A DNA stretch of 54,630 nucleotides, filler included, from Sphacelaria rigidula (GCA_964200075.2; 5 parts of 5 records of this genome joined end to end with filler, not necessarily neighbours in it), one strand, 5' to 3'; shown: positions 1 through 11,103, counted from the whole stretch's first letter. Notes: a model not told the origin generated them from the letters alone. Translations and numbers: made by a program.

Positions 1-240
1 TTTTGTTCTTCCCCTCCCCACCTCCCCGCCGCCTCCCGTGCCTGCGCTTCGCCGTGTGGGTGCTGTGCGGGGGGGGGGGGGGGGGGTTCTCATTTGTTGC
101 TTGCCGTAGTCGTGTGACCATTGACCATGCGCCCCTTCCGAGACGGAGCACTGAAGGGGGTGCGTACTCATTTGTTACTTGCCTTGGTCGTGTGACCATT
201 GACCACGTATCCCTTTCGAGACGGAGCACCGTTAGCACTG

Positions 241-1072
241 AAGGGGGGGGGAGGTGATGTCGGAAGCACCACAAAGAAGGAACAAATTCCTACAAATGTC
301 TTGTCAAGGAATCACCTTTTCACATTGGCGCAAGAAGTGGGTCCGACGTAAATTGGTCCACCCGTGGGGTAGTCCATTTCCTTGGGGACGCCCAGCCACC
401 TTAATATCGGGCTTGTACTAGCATCACCTCGAGTTGTCTACTCGTAGGACCGTCGGCTTTACAGGGTCCGGGTAGTCGGATCCTTTCGGATCCTTCATAC
501 GCGTACCTGCATGCGCTGGTTCTTCATACATGTGTGACATCTGATGTGTCACTGCAAAGAGGTGTCTTCCACATCTCCCCCCCCCTTAACGCCTCAAGCC
601 CATCAGGACTGTGGCCGGTGGGACGAGGCGATCATCTGCATCGCGGATGATATGTTCGTGGAAACGCCTTCCAGTGTCAATCATTGTTTGAGTCACACCA
701 CTGCTAACCGCAAAGGCAACATTCCAAGAGCTAGCCGGCGTAAAAGGTTACTACAAAACCCTCCAAGAGGGTCATGAAAGGGGGGGGTGGTGATATGGGA
801 ACCACCACACAAAAGGGAAAAATTCCCACAAGTGCCTGTCAAGGAATAACCTTTTCACGCAGTGACGCCATGAAAACAAAAGAGATTTCAAGACTTGAAT
901 TTTGGTCCGCGGGCGAGCATCTGATCAACATGGGCGCTTCATTATGAACTCCCGACCGAAATTGAGGAGCTGCTTGTAACCACAGGATACGCGATGATGC
1001 TTTACTGTAATGCAACATACTCACGCCCTCTCCCATGTTCTGTATCTGTCACTGTACCGTGGTGTTTATGCC
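241..1072 (+). mobile_element. LTR-retroelement relic: two diverged LTR-like units (~258-573 and ~790-1072), each preceded by a polypurine tract
   Basis: AAGGGGGGGGGAGGTGATGTCGGAAGCACCAC (241) and AAAGGGGGGGGTGGTGATATGGGAACCACCAC (~777) are both followed by shared AAATTCC..CAA.TG.CTGTCAAGGAAT.ACCTTTTCAC. Unit 1 runs TG...CA. No coding region is recognisable. Confidence 0.4.
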
Positions 1073-1177
1073 CTGCGAAGACGGTTTAGTCTCCCTTGGG
1101 ATTGCCTGAGTTGCTGAAGTGGTGTTGTCTTCTACGTTATACAGAATACTTGTAGTCAGCACGCAGTGCTGTCTTGT

Positions 1178-1362
1178 CAAAGTTGTACACGTCGGACAAC
1201 TGAACTCACCTGAACTCAAGTAAACTCATTGGTGTGTACGCCGAGTTATACGAAAAAACTCAGTGGTGCCTGTTTCGAAAGACTGAGTTATACCGGGTAA
1301 TCCAGCGATGCCTCTTTCCACTGGCTGAGTTATACGGTATAGCTCGGCGGTGTTTGTTGCCA
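1178..1362. mobile_element. End of a TIR element with ~41-bp palindromic subterminal repeats
   Basis: AAAGTTGTACACGTCGGACAAC matches the TIRs at 50652 and 50947. It is followed by ACTCAG(C/T)GG...CTGAGTTATAC units that recur at ~2060-2160 and ~3365-3512. Confidence 0.55.
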
Positions 1363-1364
1363 CT

Positions 1365-1621
1365 CTAAGAGTGGTGCTACGGTAGGAGTGCACAAATATA
1401 TTCTGAGGTTAAAATTGTTAGGAGCCCTTTATTTCATCCGAAACACGACCAACGTGAGAGTACGCCCGGATTACTACTCCAATGTGCTGGGAACGTCCCG
1501 AATGAATTTGCAAACGGGGATGTCCTGACCCATATTCTTGTACGTATAGAACCGTTAGGAGCCCCTGAACCAGACAAGATTTCGCGCGAAAAGTGCACCC
1601 CTACCGTAGCATTGCTCCTAG
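1365..1621. mobile_element. MITE, possibly PIF/Harbinger-like
   Basis: CTAAGAGTGGTGCTACGGTAGGAGTGCAC (1365-1393) is inverted to GTGCACCCCTACCGTAGCATTGCTCCTAG (1593-1621). The interior is non-coding. Confidence 0.65.
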
Positions 1622-2188
1622 TTGATTCACAGATGAACGTGTACCCCTTACGTACTTTGCTTGTACTGTTATACTCTTCTGAGATTTGTCATCTCCAGTA
1701 CACCTCCATTACACCCTCATCAATATCCGCACCCAAGCACACGCGAGTGTGGGCACTTCATGAATTTCAAAGAGAGTTGAGTTGCGTGCGGCACACGGCA
1801 CACAGCGTACGATTGTTTTACATGGCGTCAGCCATGGGCCGCCTAGGCGCAACAACAGATGAAGGCAGCTGTGAACAAGATGGCATGGATCTCATCAGCG
1901 ACTAAAGCAGCGGCAGCAGCAGCAAGCAAGCAGCAGTGGCCTGGCAAGCCAGCAGCACTCGTATTTTGCCAAGCAAGGTCCGTGGTCTTCATTTCGAGGT
2001 CACCGAGGAGCGCTTTACTCAAGGATTCACGCGTCATTCACAACAGCTTGAGTTGACCCATTTTCGTATCACTCAGCGCTACGTTACACGGTATTACTCA
2101 GTGGTAACTATTCCCACTGGCTGAGGTAACTGGTATAATACAGCGGTACATATTCTCAGCTTTATTTTTTGCCAAGTACATTTTTTCC

Positions 2189-3334
2189 GTGTACCAGGAG
2201 TATCTCCCCGGGTATCACCCGTACCCGACAGTTCTGTCACGTCTGTACGACCTTCATATCGGTACCCGACGATTCGGAAACTTCTGTAGGACTTTCATGC
2301 CCCTATCCGATCGTCCTGTGAGTTCTGTTAGCCTCCCACATCCTTACTGGGGGCACGGGTATACTCTTACAAAAATACCCGGTCGCGGGTACGGTTATCT
2401 GTGCAACCTCCTTACCCTACCCGAAAAGCTCTGTGACTTCTGTAAGGCTTTCAAACCGGTACCAGACAATTTTGTAAGTTATGTAAGGCTTTCATACCGG
2501 TACCCGATAATTCTGTAAGTTCTGTGAGCCTCCCATTCCCCTACCCCGGGTTAGGGTATACCGTTGTAGATATACCCGATGCAGACATGAGCGCAGGTAT
2601 GTACCCCGGAGAAGTATGGATACAGTTTTCATCCCGACCTTAATCTGACAACGCGAACTTGTACCCCAATCCCCATTTACTTCCCCTCATTCACTCAACA
2701 TCACACATCTACAAAGTTCAAATTTGCAAATGTCGTACACGGACGGATTACGGGGTACCGTTGAGTGAAAGCACGAAACATGAGCAGCAATGCAGGCGGC
2801 GAGGATGGACTACTCCCAGACACGAGTGGTGGCTCGAGTGGGGGTGGTTCATCTGCGCCACCAGGGGGGTCAAGTAGCAAGGTGCAGATCATCGACGTAG
2901 ATGATGATCGTGTCTAAGGTTGTGTCCTGGAGGATACCGTTTTTGTATACCCGGAGAATTCTACCTGGGAATTATACCCGTACCCGACATTTTTGTGACT
3001 TCTGAAAGGCTTTCACACCGGTACCCGTCAGTTATGTGAGTTCTGTAAGGCTTTTAAAGCGGTACCCGAGAGTTGTGTAAGGTCTGTGCAAAACATTCAC
3101 CCTTGCTCGGGGCGCGGGTATACCCTTGTAAAAATATCCGTTTGGGGGCTCGATTTCTTGCGCAACATTCGTACCCTTCCCCACAAGTTTTGTGACTTCC
3201 ATAAGCTTCCCATACCCTACCCGGCAGGATCTGTAAGTTCTGTAAGACTTATATACCGGTACCCGATAGTCTTCAAGCTCTGTAGGAAATCTCATACCCT
3301 GCCGAACGTACCCGTACCCTACAAAACATGAGTT
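2189..3334 (+). mobile_element. Non-autonomous DNA transposon family with TACCCGTACCCGA/TTCTGT subterminal repeats (two adjacent pieces)
   Basis: Many degenerate TACCC(G/T)TACCCGA...TTCTGT(A/G)AG units. End motif AAGGTTGTGTCCTG at ~2916 and an inverted CCCTACAAAACATG at ~3318-3330. Segment 2545-2905 matches 44355-44710 in reverse complement. Confidence 0.65.
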
Positions 3335-4320
3335 GCATATTACCACTGGGTGAGTACACGGCATTTCTTAGCAGTGACTATTTCCACTCGCTAAGGTAAA
3401 CGATATAATTCAGCGGTACATAAATCCACTGGTTGAGTTATACCGTATAACTCACAGGTACCTATTTCCACGGAGTTGTATGGTATAACCCAGCGGTACC
3501 TTTGTCCACTTGCGGGGGACGTCGGAAAATGAGAGCTGATTCCTTTGATGGAAACGAAAACAAAAAAATGGTGCTCGGTATTGAGCGAAATGATATATGA
3601 CTTTACTCAAAACGTGAAACTGGCATATCTCCCTAACATTAAACAGTCTGGCAGGCACCGAACAACTGTTTGTGGCTCTCGTAACTTGCCGACAAGTGAT
3701 ATCGGAAACGATTCTCAACCCTTCATCAAACCTGACACCTCCCCGACGACCGCAGGAAACATGCGCACCGTATGTATTCAAATAGTCCGAACAAAACTGC
3801 CGGATGTTGTGACATTTCAGGAACTGTATATCTCGACTTTTTGTGCCATAGGGACAAAACGTTCCAGACCCGACGTGAAGCGCTTCGGGCCGGAGACAAA
3901 CGAAACGTATTTCATGATCAAAATGGTACAACAACCTCTGGGCTCGGTTGTTTCAAGCTTTTGGGGGCCTCCAGTTTCTGCGATGGTGCCTCAGAGGCGT
4001 GCCATTTTGCACAATTCCGAGCACCAAGTTTGTTCTTCCCCACGAAAAGAATTCGTTTCCATTTTTCAGGATGCTGTGTTCGCTGCAGTGTGGTGTGTTT
4101 GAACGCTGCGAAGATGGTTTAATCTGCGCTGGGGATTGCCCGTACGGCTGTGGTTGTACTGCCGGTTCGAAGTTATAGTGAAAATGACATCCTCTTTCTA
4201 CGCTGTTCAAAGCATCATGTTGTGTTGGCTGTTGGGTCTCATGTAGAACGAACGAGGCGCTTTGTGTCCACACCCACCATACCTATGTACAGAATTGGGG
4301 TGGGAACACAGTGCCATCTA

Positions 4321-4684
4321 TGTATGTGTGTGTTGTCGTCTCATCTATTCTGGACGTCGGTCTACACCTTTCGGTATATGTGGGCGCATCAGCCGGGGTC
4401 AGACAGGAGGAAGGTCAACACAGGCGCTTTTTTTTTGTTTTATTTGTTTGTAGTATCCCACCTTCTATCTGCGGTGCTTGCCTTTTTATTTTTTCTCGCG
4501 AGAGGGGTTCAGCAGTCCCTTTCCCTCGTCGACCGTTAAGTCGAAATTTGTGTACCCACGACATAGTCGCTCTCCACTGCTGGGCATGGTGTGAGAAAAA
4601 ATCCCAGATCGCTCCGAAATTTGAACCCTCGACCCAACCGTCAGAAGGTTTCGAGACTATCAACTGAGCCACTGGGGCGACCGG
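4321..4684 (-). mobile_element. tRNA-derived SINE, family A, full length
   Basis: The minus strand starts CCGGTCGCCCCAGTGGCTCAGTTG (A box), has GGTTCAAAT (B box) and a body shared with 6 other copies, and ends GACGACAACACACAC. Confidence 0.85.
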
Positions 4685-6096
4685 TAATGTACAAAGTTGA
4701 AAAGGCACGTGATGGCTGTGCAGCTGTTGTGTCTCCTCTTAATTCGGCTTTCCAAGTCTAACACTCCTCGTTTCCGGTTTTGTGCCGTAAGACATACTTG
4801 GGTGCCCCGAAGGTCTGCCAGGCGAGTGATGAGATTTGAGATTTCCTACATGTCCCGAAGAGCTGCAAGAGCCGTCGGTGCAGGCCGGGCGATCCGTGAT
4901 GGCGTTTTGCCCAACTTAGGATCAATGGCAAGTGGGCTTGAAGTTTGAAGCGCGGATCGCAAGGTGGAACATCCCATCCTTAGCAGGTTCGTATTTAATT
5001 TAGCATCTACAATAGATCCGGTCCGGGAGCGTAAAACCGATTTTCGCGTACATCAGGGGACGACAGCTACATACAAAATGCGCGAGAGCACAAAAATCGT
5101 CATGTCTACAAAGAGATACATCCACGGGTGCGAGATCAGTTCTGTGGGCTGAGATCAGTGCTTGAGAATCGATCGGTTAAGGGGTCACCCATTGGGGGGG
5201 GCAAAAAAATCACAGCGATGCGGTAGAGAGCATCGGCCTCAATACGGAAGTACCAACGCCCTCTCTGAAGCGCCAGTCTACAACGCGGTGCATCCCGCGA
5301 AACCCCCCACGACGCCAATCGCTTTTATTCGCTCAATAAGAGCGAATGCTACTCTAGCGAGCCGTTTCCACGACAAAAGGCCCTCACACACGTATTCTCG
5401 CGAAGGCGAGACTGGAATCATCAACGGAGAAGCCCGTTACAAGATCGTTCAACACTTTCCTCATCACCTGTCGTCTGAAGACGCAACATCGATTTTTGCA
5501 CGCTCAGAAGGCGACAGCTACTGAAAAAACATAAGAGAGCTCACGGAATCATCGTGTCTACACGATGCATCGATTGGCGTGAGTTTTGCACCGTGAGCCG
5601 AGATCAGCTTTTGAGAGTCAATCGATCGAGGGCTTGCCCACGTCAAAAAAACGACACACGTTTTCTATTTTCGATGACAGAGATCCAATCTCCTAGCGGA
5701 ACTTGAGGACATACAACATGGAGCTTCCTGGTGCCGACCATAACTTTCGAACGGCGATGAAGCACAGAATAAGACCTTCATCGATTTTCTCGCCTCGGGA
5801 GCTGTGTGCTCAGATAATTTGTGCAAAATTTTCGACGAGCCAACCTCAAATACCCGATACAAAAAGGTGCACGCACGAAAAACCAACCTCACATTCCCGA
5901 GCTAGATACCTCCGCGTAACCACATCGAGTAGCGCATAATATCGGTATGCTCAACTTGCCATTACTCGGTGCCGTTCGAAAGATTTGCCTATCTAACTAA
6001 ATGTGATTTTCTTGGCCGGCACAGCTTCCGTAGGGCGCGCAGAAAATTGAGATTTGCTGAGTGGGTGCGGTGGGGTGCTCCGAAAAACACGACCCA

Positions 6097-6099
<3 letters not shown>

Positions 6100-6158
<59 letters not shown>

Positions 6159-6490
6159 GTGTTGTCCCATCTATTCTGGGCACCGGTCTACACCGTCCGG
6201 TATATGTGGGCGCACCAGCCGCGGTGACACAGGAAGGTCAACACATGAGTTTTTGTTTTGTCTTTTAGAACCCCACCTTTCTGCGGTGCTTGCCTTGATT
6301 TTATATCGCGAGAGGGGTTCAGCAGTCCCTTTCCCTCGTCGGCCACAAGTCGAATTTTGTGTACCCACGACATAGTCGCTCTCCACTATTGGGCATGGTG
6401 TGAGGAAAAATCCNNNNNNNNNNGAGAATTGAACCCACGACCCAACCGTCAGAGGGTTTCGAGCTTACCAACTGAGCCATCAGGGCGACC
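6100..6490 (-). mobile_element. SINE family A with long (CA)n tail
   Basis: Same body as 4321-4684. (TG)n at ~6100-6156 on the + strand. A 10-N gap at 6414-6423. Confidence 0.85.
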
Positions 6491-7090
6491 GCCTAACTAC
6501 AAGTGGCCTAGCCTATTTCGCATGAAATTGTAGAACATGATGCGCACATGCCGTGCCACCCCACTGCATGCTACTGTTCCACGTTGCTGCTGTTGAGCGG
6601 TTCGATCCTTGGTGCTACCTGCTCGTGGTGCACGTTGCGGCTGCGTATTTTCGCCCCTGGGCACTTTCGCTGCGCTGGCAATATCAAGAATCCGATTATG
6701 TTTTTCGCAAAGAAGGATATTGGTGGGGAGCAGTGGATCAGCTGCAACTGCATTATCTCTGCGCAGCGACCTGTCGAGAACAGTACAATAATCAGACATG
6801 TCAGGCCACTTTGAGCTTGGAAAGGGAATAAATAAGCTGCAAGGTACCAGAATGCTGCCGAAAATCACTAATACACTATCTTACGGAGTTCCACACACGA
6901 CCCAACAACAAATAAACTGTCATCTATTGCGGAGAATCTAATCCATCTTGACCCACGCGCAAACACAAACACACATCAAAACAGCACCACGCTAAAATCT
7001 TCCCGGAAAAAAGGGCTTTCGTGAATTCCCTCGTCAAGCCGTCTCTCGCGGGCGAGATGAAGCCGCGGGTATGTGATGAGAGGGGGGAGG

Positions 7091-8374
7091 CTAGCCCAAT
7101 TCTAACTTCAAGTTGGCCTCCTTTCTAGCCATCACGTCACTCCCTGTTTCCATATCGACTTCCGACTCCGTCGTTACCCTACGTAACAGCTTTGTCTTTC
7201 TTGTTCCACTAGTGATGCTACCGCTGCTCCTGCTCTCGGTGCCACTAGAGTTGCCACTGCACATGTTGCGGCACCTAGTGGATTGCATAGCAACTAGTTC
7301 CTCGCTCGTGCTCATACCTTTGGAATCACGCGCAGGCGGAAGACATATCTCCATTTCTACCTTCGTGCGTGTCTCCGCCGTATCCACGCACTCTTCATCT
7401 GCCGCTGCGTTGGTGGGCTGCCCCGGAACAGCAAGCGGCGTGATTGTAGAATCCTCGCGCCGTCGCCTATAAAGACCTGCATGCGCGCTATGACGAGAAC
7501 CAATGCTACGACTACCGTCGCTCTTGTCGGGACCGGCGGCTGACCAACGCCTCAGTTCTTCACCGCGTCCATGGATACCGCCACCATCTTCCCCGACAAA
7601 GTCATCGTTGAGGCAGTCCCCCTCTTTGATGCGGCCTGCTTCATCGGACGCCACGGCAAGACCATGCGCAGGATCTTGGTCGCGACAATTCGCTTGGTTC
7701 AGCGTCTGCTGGGGACGGCGCTGAGAGGAGTATTTACTGCTGTTCGTGGAGGGCACTTCTGTGCAGGCGTGTTGGAAGCGAAACTCCACCTTCAGGTCAC
7801 CTACTTCACCGAAGGACAGCTTGGTGGAGCCCTCCTTGCCAAGCCTGCCGTCCGTTACATTGAACTTGCTTATCCGAACGTGTCTGGCGCACAACTCCGC
7901 CTTCCTGCCACCGGCTGCACCGAACGTCGGGCTTGTGGAGCAGCCGTCCTTGTCGCACCGCTTGTTCTCAAAATTGACCATACCTGCGCGGGCATGCGTG
8001 GCGCAGAACTCCGCCTTCTCGCCACCGGCCACACCGTACGACGAGTCTTTGAAGCAACCCTCCTTGCGGCACCGCTTGCTCTTAAAATTTACCATGCCTG
8101 CGCGGGCATGTGTGGTGCAAAACTCCGCCTTACTGCCACCGGCCACACCATACGATCGGTGTTTAAAGCAACCCTCCTTGCCGCACCGCTTCCTATTCAC
8201 ATTGACCATGCCTGCTAGGGCGTGTGTGCCGCAGAACTCTGCCTTCTGGCCATTGGCCACACCGTATGATGGTCGTGTGGAGCAGCTCTGCTGACTGCAC
8301 CGCTGGCTTACTACGTTGATCATCCCTGCTAGGGCGTGTATGGGGCAGAACTCTCTTCTTGCTGCCCGCTGCAC
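7091..8374 (-). CDS. EsV-1-7 domain repeat protein, 3' part (likely frameshifted pseudogene or allele)
   Basis: Four further intact repeats plus one degenerate repeat, then a low-complexity C-terminal tail ending at the stop at 7091. Confidence 0.8.
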   Translation of the reverse strand: MQRAARREFCPIHALAGMINVVSQRCSQQSCSTRPSYGVANGQKAEFCGTHALAGMVNVNRKRCGKEGCFKHRSYGVAGGSKAEFCTTHARAGMVNFKSKRCRKEGCFKDSSYGVAGGEKAEFCATHARAGMVNFENKRCDKDGCSTSPTFGAAGGRKAELCARHVRISKFNVTDGRLGKEGSTKLSFGEVGDLKVEFRFQHACTEVPSTNSSKYSSQRRPQQTLNQANCRDQDPAHGLAVASDEAGRIKEGDCLNDDFVGEDGGGIHGRGEELRRWSAAGPDKSDGSRSIGSRHSAHAGLYRRRREDSTITPLAVPGQPTNAAADEECVDTAETRTKVEMEICLPPARDSKGMSTSEELVAMQSTRCRNMCSGNSSGTESRSSGSITSGTRKTKLLRRVTTESEVDMETGSDVMARKEANLKLELG

Positions 8375-8816
8375 CGAACGACGACTGTTTCAAGCAGCCG
8401 TCTTGACCGCACCGCTTGCTTTTCACATTGAAGATCCCTGCTAGAGCGTGCGTGGCGCAGAACTCTACCTTCCTGCTAGAGGCCACACCGTATGATGGGA
8501 CTTGAAAGCAGCCCTGCTGGCCACACTGCTTGTTTTTAACATTGACCATGCCTGCGCGGGCATGTGTGGCACAGAACTCCGCCTTTTTGCCACCGGCCAC
8601 ACCGTACGATCGGTGTTTGAAGCAACCCTCCTCGCCGCACCGCTTGTTTCTCAGGTCAACCATGCCTGCGCGGGCATGTATGACGCTGAACTCCTTCTTT
8701 CCACCGGTCACACCATACGACGGGTGTTTGAAGCAGTCCTCCATGCCGCATCGCTTGTTTATAACATCGATCATGCCTGTCAGGGCGTGTGTGGCGCAGA
8801 CAGGTATGTATGGCAC
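8193..8816 (-). CDS. EsV-1-7 domain repeat protein, 5' part (frameshifts at ~8355 into 7091-8374)
   Basis: Four ~38-aa repeats of the form KRCxxxGCxKxxSYGVxGGKKAEFCATHARAGMVNV, the C-x4-C...C-x2-H pattern of EsV-1-7 repeats. Confidence 0.8.
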   Translation of the reverse strand: MPYIPVCATHALTGMIDVINKRCGMEDCFKHPSYGVTGGKKEFSVIHARAGMVDLRNKRCGEEGCFKHRSYGVAGGKKAEFCATHARAGMVNVKNKQCGQQGCFQVPSYGVASSRKVEFCATHALAGIFNVKSKRCGQDGCLKQSSFGAAGSKKRVLPHTRPSRDDQRSKPAVQSAELLHTTIIRCGQWPEGRVLRHTRPSRHGQCE

Positions 8817-9583
8817 AGATGCAGCTTCACCTCGTAACCAGTAGCTTCAACATAAGTCATATTCCGAAAAACTAGAGGTTGACTCCTCGGAATGTAGGGT
8901 ACATCACTAAAAATAACTAACGTCACGTACATAGGGCACCGTGAAGAGTGCATACGATAATCCATCACAATCATCTTGCAACAAGCAAAGCAAAAACAAG
9001 AAGTTGCTTGAACCACGCTGAGTTGGCCTAAATGTCGAATAATGCGAAAGGGGGGACTTGAACCACTTACCAGCTGCAGTTCAACCCTTGGTATTTTTCT
9101 CCCGGACAGGTGTGGGGCATTTCATGTCAAAGTCGTACGCTGAACCGAGGAAAGCCAGGAAAAGCGAAAGGCCTCACTCTGGAACAGTTTACACAAAAAT
9201 ATACAGCACTCCAAAGCACAAAATTTGAATTCCCTCGAAAGTGGTCCACCCGATGTAATGCCATGTTCTCCACGACCTCTCCAGAAACAACACATTGCGG
9301 AGTCAGCAGACTCGATCAAGCATTTAATCACAGTCACTTGGTCAAATAACAAAAGAAGGGTCAAGAACAAAAGATGGGTCCAGTGTCCCATATTTCAGTC
9401 AAAATGTAGGTAAAATTAACCGCGCAACTTGGAGCTGTCCGTGCCAGGCCCAAACCAATCAAAGATCAATCCCCACGCGAAGGCAAGGCGCCCACAGTCC
9501 ATGCAGAGCATATGCACCAAATTTCGTGAGAAATTTGCGCGGTTTGACGGCGGAACAGCTCCGCGGGAACAAGGGCCGCGCAG

Positions 9584-9921
9584 TTTATTATTATTTCATT
9601 ATTATTTTCTTGTATTCGTCGCACTTTGAACCCCTCCCCTCCCTCGGAACGAGCCCGTGGTCTAACAGTCTCAGGGGATCAACCCATCTCTCCGCGGTGC
9701 ACACCTTTCATTTTGGTCTCGCGGATTGGGTCAGCACTCCCGCACCGCGTCAACTTACGTCAAACAAACCCAGTCGACTACTTCGTTTACTCACGTTCTC
9801 ACGCTTTCTACGGTGGAAATAAGATACCACGAAGAGAACACCCAACGCATTGGGGGTCGAACCCTCTTCCTCTCCACCCCAATGGCGACAGTCGGACAAC
9901 TATGCCACCGGGTCGCAGCGG
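9584..9921 (-). mobile_element. tRNA-derived SINE, family B, with (AAT)n tail
   Basis: Minus strand: TGGCATAGTTG (A box, 9897-9907), GGTTCGACCC (B box, 9854-9863) and an AATAAT-rich tail. The 3' end recurs at 42677-42760. Confidence 0.75.
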
Positions 9922-10847
9922 ACACAGTGTACCCCGCGATGTCCGATAATGGGGTAGGTATACCCCGCAAACACTACTAAATTAATCTTTTACCCCGTCC
10001 TGTCATGTGCTGTCTCATATTATGTCCAAAGTGTACCTCTATTTGACCAAAATGGGCCTTCCACGGCCCCCGTCTAAGCTCGCGCGCGCGGGACAAAACC
10101 GACGGGACGAAGAACTTCTCCGACCCTTCTTTTTGCCTTTTCTTTACCTCTTTCTACGGGCCGGAGACGCAAGAGCCCACGCTTCTTTTCACCTCTTTTT
10201 ACGGCCTGGAGACTGCAGACCTCTGCCGGGTCATTGACACTCGGCGCGATCGTTGGCAAACGGCGCAACAAGCTGTCAAAAGGAAATTGCCCAGAACAGA
10301 ATGCCAAAAAAACGAACAAATTACGGAATACAGTGGCTGAACCGCTCTGTCCGTCAACCATGTCGTTTGCCCCCAACGCAACGTGCAGACAACTTCCCCA
10401 TGGGGCGGCGGCAAATTGTACACAGCATTTGTAGCAGCAGTAGATGCAAGGGAAGTAATCGCGGGGTATAAACTAATCGATCATGGACATAAAAAAACAA
10501 GCGAGCAATACCAGGTATTGCGTCAAGTATCTGGTGGGGGGGTTGGAGGTGATTCAACCCTGAAGCACAATAATATTGGCTCATTAGTTCTCAGGTTCCT
10601 GTTTTTTTCGACATATGAACGGCCGTGACTCATCGAGGCGATAAAGTAAGCCAAAGAGGAGCGAGGTGAGTAGCTTGTCTGCCCACAACGATCGATAAAC
10701 ACTTCGGTTCCCTCACAGGAAACAGAACATAATTTGACTTATGCCGCGATAGCACCCCCCCCCTGGTCCGGTTAGACACCCATGAGGCAGTGTAAAACCC
10801 GTGGCTGTCTCTGGAAGTGGCGATACCAGAAAATGAAGCAACTCATT

Positions 10848-10947
10848 NNNNNNNNNNNNNNNNNNNNNNNNNNNNNNNNNNNNNNNNNNNNTTAATTAAT
10901 TAANNNNNNNNNNNNNNNNNNNNNNNNNNNNNNNNNNNNNNNNNNNN
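10848..10947. other. Artificial contig linker
   Basis: 44 N + TTAATTAATTAA (stops in all six frames) + 44 N. Confidence 0.97.
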
Positions 10948-11103
10948 ACCCCCCCCTGCTGGGGGGGTGTGGGGGGGAAAAAGAGGAAAAAACTGGGAAA
11001 AAAACGCCGGAATGAAAAAAGGCCTTTCCCCCCCCCCCCCCCCCCCCGTCCACTCCGCCCTTAACCCTCCCTGCCCGCGCACTGTTTTCCTTCTTCTGCC
11101 CAC

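Noticed and set aside
3545..4102. 185-aa ORF and other mid-size ORFs (22606-23175, 40753-41385)
   Set aside because: No recognisable domain or exon signals; most overlap repeats.
4335..4400. Hammerhead-like CTGATG...GAAA in the SINE A 3' region (minus strand)
   Set aside because: The core is CUGAUGC, not CUGAUGA. No stem II forms and there is no NUH after stem III. The GAAA is better explained as the tetraloop of TATACC-GAAA-GGTGTA.
4610..4684. tRNA genes at the SINE heads
   Set aside because: A and B boxes are present, but there is no complete cloverleaf and the heads are always fused to the same body and tail.
7571..8294. Long + strand ORFs
   Set aside because: They are antisense shadows of the GC-rich EsV-1-7 repeats.
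10892..10903. TTAATTAATTAA as a biological motif
   Set aside because: It is identical and centred in all four N-gaps, so it is an assembly linker.
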